Positions 58,048 to 64,000 of a stretch of 64,000 bases of DNA are shown here, one piece after another (position 1 is the first letter of the stretch; each line of letters begins with the position of its first letter). The translations under genes were made by a program, and so were the position numbers. This DNA is from Chitinivibrionales bacterium (lineage in GTDB: Bacteria > Fibrobacterota > Chitinivibrionia > Chitinivibrionales > WJKA01), in assembly GCA_038247415.1 (NCBI GenBank), contig JBBRUX010000020.1, forward strand, positions 1 to 64,000, written 5' to 3'. The notes under the pieces were generated by a model that had not been told where the DNA came from, did no database searches, and saw only the letters and a list, made by a program, of their open reading frames with translations.

Positions 58048-58839
58048 TTAGTGTTTTTTTTCTCGTGCCTGCTGCAAACGTGCTACAAATGCTGTTACAA
58101 AATTGCGTGGTGTAAACCTTACCGACCACACGAGCAGGTTATTCATAAATCCTGGTATGGCAATTCGTTTGCCTCTCATCATTGCCTTGTAACCTATGGC
58201 TGCAACCGAGTTTGAGGATGGGAGTTTCTGTGCCGCAATGAGTGGAAGGTGCCCAATGTTGGCAACATTTTGAAAATTGCTCTGCGTGGGGCCGGGGCAG
58301 AGTGCGGTAACGCTTATGCCGCTTGTATGCAGTTCGAAATCCAGAGCTTCCGAAAATGAGAGGACAAAGGCCTTGGTTGCATAATACACTGCCATATAAG
58401 GGCCCGGTTGAAACGAGGCGGTGGATGCTACATTCAGGATTTTCCCATTTTTTTGTGCGATCATAGCTGGGAGAAACAGCTGCGTTAATTCCAAGAGGGC
58501 AGTACAATTGACGGCGATCATGAGGCTTTGCGTGAGGTTTGCGGATTGTGCAAAAGGGCCCCATTCACCGTATCCGGCATTATTAATAAGTATATCAACA
58601 GAAAGGTTTTTGCACTTTACTTCGTTGTAAAGAGTTTGCGCTGCATCTGGCTTAGAAAGATCTATGGTTATTATAGCTACTTCTATTGAATATGATGCCT
58701 GGAGTTCCTTTTGAAGATCAATGAGCGCGCGTGTTGTTCGCGCAGCAAGTATAAGATTTCCCCCGTTTTTTGCATGGATTCGGGCAAATTCTTTTCCGAT
58801 CCCGCTCGATGCCCCGGTAATTAAAGCTGTTGGATTCAT
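58048..58839 (-). CDS. Short-chain dehydrogenase/reductase
   Basis: TGASSGIG, LINNAG, YYATK, LCPGPT. Confidence 0.92.
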   Translation of the reverse strand: MNPTALITGASSGIGKEFARIHAKNGGNLILAARTTRALIDLQKELQASYSIEVAIITIDLSKPDAAQTLYNEVKCKNLSVDILINNAGYGEWGPFAQSANLTQSLMIAVNCTALLELTQLFLPAMIAQKNGKILNVASTASFQPGPYMAVYYATKAFVLSFSEALDFELHTSGISVTALCPGPTQSNFQNVANIGHLPLIAAQKLPSSNSVAAIGYKAMMRGKRIAIPGFMNNLLVWSVRFTPRNFVTAFVARLQQAREKKH

Positions 58840-59160
58840 AGCTGCCTTCTTTCTTTGCTTCTAAAAAGAACATAAAAAAAGTATGATTGGTGATTTCTGC
58901 AGTGCGATAGCGTGAACAAGGGGTCACGTAGCCCTTTTATTGTGCATGTATTTGCCCACTCTTTTCACGTGCAAATAGTGTATTTTATAGACGCTTAACA
59001 GAGAGATTGATAAAGTACGCTTAGGTACGCTCAAATCGTCTCAAACACTAGCGAGATTGTAGCAATACTCGTAAAAATATCAAGTGCAATGGGTTCCCCG
59101 GGCTTTGGAAGCCCCTCGTGCAAAAAGAATGTTTATGTAACTGTATTATTAACACCCCTC

Positions 59161-59177
59161 AAGGAGTCTTGTTCATG
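59161..59177 (+). repeat. 17-bp inverted repeat, right copy (AAGGAGTCTTGTTCATG)
   Basis: Exact reverse complement of 57877-57893. Confidence 0.85.
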
Positions 59178-61247
59178 GATAACGCATTGGCAAAGAAGAC
59201 CGCCGACACTATTAGAATACTTGCTGCCTCAATGGTCGAAAAAGCAAAATCTGGCCATCCCGGTGGAGCAATGGGCGGTGCCGATTTTATGGCTGTTCTC
59301 TACTCCGAATTTCTTACCTTCGATTCGGCAGACATGAATTGGCCTTTGCGTGATCGATTCTTTTTAGATCCTGGGCATATGTCCCCCATGCTGTATGCAA
59401 CGCTTTCGCTGTGTGGCAAATATACCATGCAAGAGCTGGCTGCATTTCGTACCTGGGAAAGTCCTACCCCGGGCCATCCCGAAGTTGATGTCTCTCGCGG
59501 TGTAGAAAACACCTCTGGTCCTTTAGGTCAAGGACATGCCATGGCTTTGGGCGCTGCAATTGTCGAGCGTTTTTTAGCAGCGCGCTTTGGTGAACAAACT
59601 GCGCATAAGACCTACGCGTATATCTCCGATGGTGGCGTGCAAGAAGAAATCTCCCAGGCTGTTGGACGTCTTGCCGGGCATCTTGGTATAAGCAATCTGA
59701 TTATGTTTTATGATTCGAACGATATTCAGCTTTCAACCGAAACGCGGGAAGTAACCAGCGAAGACACTCACAAAAAATATGAGGCGTGGGGTTGGCATGT
59801 TGAAACTATCGATGGCAACAATATCGAACAGATTCGTGGCGCCCTTTCTCGCGCGCAAACGCAAACTGCAAAGCCAACGCTCATTATTGGAAAAACAATT
59901 ATGGGCAAAGGTGCACTAACTGCCGACGGTGGAAGTTTTGAGCGCAAAGTGTCAACACACGGACAGCCGCTCTCTGCTGCTGGTGCATCGTATGATAAAA
60001 CCATTGCAGGCCTTGGTGGCGATCCAACAAATCCGTTTGCTCTTTTCTCAGACGTTGCGCAGGGCATGAAAGATGCCATCGCGAGTGCGGCAACCAGAGC
60101 AGCATCACGTAAAGCAAATCAAAAAGCATGGGAAGCTAACAATGCAGAAAAAGCAGCGCAACTAGCCAGTTTCTTTTCTGGTAAAGTTCCTGCAATCGAT
60201 TATGCTGCAATTGCTCAAAAGCCACATTCGGCAACTCGTGCCGCCAGTGGGGCAGTGCTTGCAACATTTGCTACGCAGGTCGAAAATATGATTGTTGCAT
60301 CTGCAGATTTGTGCAATTCCGATAATACCGAATCGTTCCTTAAAAAGAGCAAAGCTTTTTGTCGTGGCGATTTTTCAGGTAACTTTTTGCAGGTGGGTGT
60401 TAATGAATTAACAATGGCCGCCATTGCGAATGGTATGGCATTGCATGGCGGTGTAATTCCCGTTTGTGCAACATTCTTTGTCTTTTCAGATTACATGAAA
60501 CCTGCAGTACGTATGTCGGCACTTATGGAGCTTGGCGTAAAATTTGTCTGGACACACGATGCCTTTCGCGTTGGTGAAGATGGTCCAACCCACGAACCAA
60601 TCGAACAAGAAGCTCAAATTCGCTTGCTCGAAAAGGTCAAGAATTTCAAAGGTCATCGCAGTATGCTGGTGCTTCGCCCCGGCGATGCCATCGAGACTTC
60701 GGTTGCGTGGAAATTGGCCATGGAAAATACACATGCGCCAACCGCGCTTATCCTGTCTCGTCAGCCCATTGTCGATATCCCTGTAGTTAAGGGCCCAACT
60801 CGCTACGACGATGCTCTTGCTGCTGCATTGGGTGCTTATGTTGCGTATGGAACCTCTTCTAAACCCGATCTCATTTTCGTTGCAAATGGATCTGAAGTAT
60901 CACTGGGAATTGAGGCTGCTGGTAAGCTTTCTCTCAAAGGACTTTCTATTCGCGTGGTTTCGGTTCCATCCGAAGGCCTCTTTGTAGAACAAACAAAAGA
61001 ATACAAAGAAAGCGTTATTCCTTTTGGAGTTCCTGCGTTTGGCATTAGTGCCGGACTGCCTGTAAATCTTGCTGGGTTGGTAGGACCTTTGGGGGACTCA
61101 TTTGGTATGACTCGGTTTGGTGCATCTGCTCCCTTTAAAGTTCTCGATGAAAAATTTGGATTTACCGTCGATAACATCGTTGCAAAGGCAGAAGCCTATC
61201 TGATTTCTTACAAGGCTCTTGTCAAGAAAATTGCGAGCCTTGCTTAA
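59175..61247 (+). CDS. tkt: Transketolase
   Basis: SGHPG, TPGHPE, SGPLGQG, SDGG.QE, THD...GEDGPTH, LSRQ, FGASAP; start at MDNAL. Confidence 0.95.
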   Translation: MDNALAKKTADTIRILAASMVEKAKSGHPGGAMGGADFMAVLYSEFLTFDSADMNWPLRDRFFLDPGHMSPMLYATLSLCGKYTMQELAAFRTWESPTPGHPEVDVSRGVENTSGPLGQGHAMALGAAIVERFLAARFGEQTAHKTYAYISDGGVQEEISQAVGRLAGHLGISNLIMFYDSNDIQLSTETREVTSEDTHKKYEAWGWHVETIDGNNIEQIRGALSRAQTQTAKPTLIIGKTIMGKGALTADGGSFERKVSTHGQPLSAAGASYDKTIAGLGGDPTNPFALFSDVAQGMKDAIASAATRAASRKANQKAWEANNAEKAAQLASFFSGKVPAIDYAAIAQKPHSATRAASGAVLATFATQVENMIVASADLCNSDNTESFLKKSKAFCRGDFSGNFLQVGVNELTMAAIANGMALHGGVIPVCATFFVFSDYMKPAVRMSALMELGVKFVWTHDAFRVGEDGPTHEPIEQEAQIRLLEKVKNFKGHRSMLVLRPGDAIETSVAWKLAMENTHAPTALILSRQPIVDIPVVKGPTRYDDALAAALGAYVAYGTSSKPDLIFVANGSEVSLGIEAAGKLSLKGLSIRVVSVPSEGLFVEQTKEYKESVIPFGVPAFGISAGLPVNLAGLVGPLGDSFGMTRFGASAPFKVLDEKFGFTVDNIVAKAEAYLISYKALVKKIASLA

Positions 61248-61278
61248 TGAACACACTGCCTTTTTTTCTGGAGGTGAT

Positions 61279-61806
61279 ATGAAAATTGGATTGGTGAGCG
61301 ATACTCATCGCAATAAAGAGTATCTTGAAACAGTTACCGATTGGCTTGTGCGTAAGCAGCATATCACCGCTCTGTATCATCTTGGTGACGACTACGAAGA
61401 TGTAAATGCACTGCAAGATCGGCACCTGGAGGTTGTCCAGGTGCCCGGTCTGTACGATCCCGAATACCGCAATCCAGCCATACAACCAGTTGCGCTGGAA
61501 TCCATTCTTGGCTTAACACTCGTTCTTGTTCACAGCGCAGAAAAAGATTTGTCTTCGGCAGATAAATCGCGCGCCGATATTATTTTGTCGGGCCATACGC
61601 ATAAAGCTGAAATTCGTGTTGCAGACATGGTTCTTTACATGAATCCGGGGCACCTTAAAGGCCCCATGGATAAAAATATGGAACCATCGTTTGGAACGCT
61701 TGATATTGGTGATCGTCAGGTGGTGGCAACTATTTATGGTATTGACTTTAAAGAAGTTAGTAGCATGAAACTTGGCAGGTCGGAAACGGGGCTGTACCCC
61801 GAATAA
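61279..61806 (+). CDS. YfcE-like metallophosphoesterase
   Basis: SDTH, HLGD, SGHTH, NPG; start at MKIG after GGAGGTG. Confidence 0.85.
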   Translation: MKIGLVSDTHRNKEYLETVTDWLVRKQHITALYHLGDDYEDVNALQDRHLEVVQVPGLYDPEYRNPAIQPVALESILGLTLVLVHSAEKDLSSADKSRADIILSGHTHKAEIRVADMVLYMNPGHLKGPMDKNMEPSFGTLDIGDRQVVATIYGIDFKEVSSMKLGRSETGLYPE

Positions 61807-61808
61807 GG

Positions 61809-62810
61809 TTATTTGGTGAAAAGGGGCGTTTTGAAAAAAAACTCTCCGATAAGTCCTTCGTAGCCCCCTGTGCTCCCGCTGTGTCGGATGGTTTTTAGAA
61901 GTTTATCCCCATTCTGAAACGATGGTGCAAGATAGTGCCATAGTTCCTTCATAACACCCAAAAGCGCAGAGCCTCCTCTGCCGGATGCTTTGTATTCGGC
62001 ATAAATATCCTGAACAAAGGCTTGTATCCGCTGTGCCTTAATAGTGCTCGAATCTTCTTTTGCCCCGCAAATCTGTTCTGCTAAAAAAGGGTTCGCTATT
62101 GCCCCTCTGCCAATCATAATGCCGGCAAGGCTAGGGAACCGTTTCGTAAGCTGATTAAAAAATGCATCTGTTCCGATGTCGCCATTGTAAACAAGGGGAA
62201 GTGTGCATGCGTGGGCACATTCTTCAAATGCCGCAAGGTCAACAACCCCTTTGTACATTTGCACAGCACTTCGTGCGTGAATGCAGAGCTCGGTTAACGG
62301 GTAGTCGCACAACAATGGCAAAATTTTTATAAGTTCGTGCGTATCGGTAAATCCAAGACGGGTTTTAATAGAAAGTTTGAGAGGAAGTTTTGGTATAACC
62401 GCATCGAGAATTTCTTTGATGCGATCGGGATTTTTAAGAAGCCCGCTTCCGCGCTGTTTCCCTGCAACCATCGGAGCCGGACAACCAAGATTCCAGTTCA
62501 TTTCTGTATAACCACACTCGGCAAGTGCCACTGCCATAGTTAAAAACTCATCGGCGTTATTGCCAATAATTTGTGGTATAAGAACGTGGTTACTATTGTT
62601 TTCGGGCGCTACATCTCGAATGTGAGCTTTATTAAAAGTGGCGCCTTTTACCGTAGAAATAAACGGGGACAGAGCTTTGTTAAAGCCATCAAAATGTTTA
62701 AAAAAGACCGAACGAAAAATCGAACCGGTAATTCCCCGCAGCGGGGCCAAAATAAGTGGCTTTTTTGAAGAAATGCAGGGCAGCTTCTGGGGTATTAGTT
62801 GATTGAGCAT
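61809..62810 (-). CDS. tRNA-dihydrouridine synthase family protein
   Basis: LAPLRG.T, QIIG, NWNLGCP, GSGLL, SIKTRLG, IHAR, NGDI, MIGRG; start uncertain (62810 or 62864). Confidence 0.9.
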   Translation of the reverse strand: MLNQLIPQKLPCISSKKPLILAPLRGITGSIFRSVFFKHFDGFNKALSPFISTVKGATFNKAHIRDVAPENNSNHVLIPQIIGNNADEFLTMAVALAECGYTEMNWNLGCPAPMVAGKQRGSGLLKNPDRIKEILDAVIPKLPLKLSIKTRLGFTDTHELIKILPLLCDYPLTELCIHARSAVQMYKGVVDLAAFEECAHACTLPLVYNGDIGTDAFFNQLTKRFPSLAGIMIGRGAIANPFLAEQICGAKEDSSTIKAQRIQAFVQDIYAEYKASGRGGSALLGVMKELWHYLAPSFQNGDKLLKTIRHSGSTGGYEGLIGEFFFKTPLFTK

Positions 62811-62924
62811 GCTTAAATATACTCTCTGACTAAAACGTATATTTTTATTGGGCTCTGGGGACATGCAGATTTGAGCATCTTTACATAGAGGTTACCGTTT
62901 TTCGATCCAATAGTGGAGATATCA

Positions 62925-64000
62925 ATGAAAAGTGTTAGTGGGCTGTTTGCCGAAATTACTACTACTTACTTTGCAATGGCTCCATACCTCATGCTGGGCC
63001 TTGTTTTTGCTGGGATATTGCACGTGCTTTTCAAAAAAGAATTTATTGTCAAACACCTCGGTTCCAATAGTTTTGGTTCGGTACTTAAGGCCTCGCTTTT
63101 AGGAGTCCCTCTTCCGCTTTGTTCGTGTAGCGTTGTTCCCACAGCGCTTTCGTTGCGCAAGAATAATGCTTCGATTGGGGCATCTGTTTCTTTTCTCATT
63201 TCTACTCCTCAAACAGGGGTAGACAGTATTGCTGCAACCTATGGAATGCTCGGACCAGTGTTTGCCTTCTTTCGGCCTATTGCTGCGCTAATTATGGGAA
63301 TTGTTGGTGGAGTAGTAACCAATATCGTTGTAAAAAAATCATCTGTTCAAAGTGTTGCTATGCCATCATCGTTTCCATGCGTTATATGTAAAGAACCCTC
63401 AGAACATACTCATTCCTGGCTCGATAAGATGCGTGCTATGAGCCGGTATGCTTGTATTGATTTTCTTGACGATATTACGATCCAGCTTATGATTGGGATT
63501 GTGATTGCAGGCGTGCTCTCCTTTTTTATTCCGCCAGATTTCTTTGTAACCTATGTCAACAACGACTTTTTAGGCATGATCCTTATGATGCTTCTGGGAA
63601 TACCGATGTATGTATGCGCAACTGCCTCAATACCTATTGCTTTGGCACTCATGGATAAGGGATTGTCTCCAGGAGCAGCTTTTGTTTTTCTGGCATGCGG
63701 GCCAGCAACTAACGCTGCAACAATTGCACTCATTAATAAAGCAATGGGCACAAAAATTATCGGTATTTATTTGGGTGTTATAGCAGTTTGTTCTCTTGCT
63801 GCAGGATTTGCGCTCAACTGGATTTATTCGCTAACTGGCGCAGCGGTTCCTCATGCAGGCCCTCTTCTGAACGATTCCGAGGGGACATCTTCGTTTGAGC
63901 AGATAGTTTCCTTTGTTTTTCTAGGACTTTTGTGCACATCTCTTTATAGAATAGCAAAGTCAAAATTTGCGTCGGGTTCTTCAAAAAAATGCAATGGTAC
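62925..64000 (+). CDS. DUF318/ArsP (SO_0444-like) metal permease, partial (runs off the window)
   Basis: MKSVSGLF...APYLMLG, GVPLPLCSCSVVP, SFLISTPQTGVDS, PMYVCATAS.P, GLSPGAA.VFL..GPATN; absent from ORF track because it has no stop in the window. Confidence 0.85.
   Translation, partial: MKSVSGLFAEITTTYFAMAPYLMLGLVFAGILHVLFKKEFIVKHLGSNSFGSVLKASLLGVPLPLCSCSVVPTALSLRKNNASIGASVSFLISTPQTGVDSIAATYGMLGPVFAFFRPIAALIMGIVGGVVTNIVVKKSSVQSVAMPSSFPCVICKEPSEHTHSWLDKMRAMSRYACIDFLDDITIQLMIGIVIAGVLSFFIPPDFFVTYVNNDFLGMILMMLLGIPMYVCATASIPIALALMDKGLSPGAAFVFLACGPATNAATIALINKAMGTKIIGIYLGVIAVCSLAAGFALNWIYSLTGAAVPHAGPLLNDSEGTSSFEQIVSFVFLGLLCTSLYRIAKSKFASGSSKKCNG

Noticed and set aside
58980..59160. Riboswitch in the tkt leader
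   Set aside because: Two small hairpins (59051-59072, 59100-59114) but no match to a riboswitch class I recognise; an Rfam scan would settle it.

Overview
Bacterial genomic window; Fibrobacterota/FCB-like origin is a weak inference from gene style, not demonstrated. It has two parts. (1) About 1-29.8 kb is a mosaic general-stress island with gene relics at both ends. It carries katE, sodB, an encapsulated-ferritin-like protein, two BON proteins, an aldo/keto reductase, kaiC directly followed by a stand-alone cheB (no kaiB), YihY, DUF748-like and PRC-barrel proteins, mlaE/F/D, tamB-tamL, OmpA, a PAS hybrid kinase and an NtrC-family activator. Its intergenic DNA holds five good and one weaker sigma54 -24/-12 promoters, most with an upstream pair of degenerate TTCCC-N6-GGGAA palindromes spaced 21 bp apart. 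This points to a self-contained sigma54 stress regulon that also drives an unannotated 28-aa membrane peptide. (2) About 29.9-64 kb looks like core genome: tatD, msbA, a small FlgM-like gene with a sigma28 promoter, a degenerate HD-GYP protein, rnfCDGEAB, an UshA-like/thioredoxin fusion next to an FGE-domain gene, trpB2, a second hybrid kinase, a GT4, an aldolase-PHP-UbiA-TPR-ferredoxin-geranylgeranyl reductase-HDOD cluster, DUF2723, an SDR, tkt, a phosphoesterase, dus and a metal permease cut by the window end. RnfA/RnfE appear to lack 3 of the 4 usual Fe-S cysteines. A perfect 17-bp inverted repeat covers the RBS+ATG of both the DUF2723 gene and tkt. I recognised no rRNA, tRNA, CRISPR array, integrase or transposase. 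All family calls come from motif recognition by eye; no searches were run.
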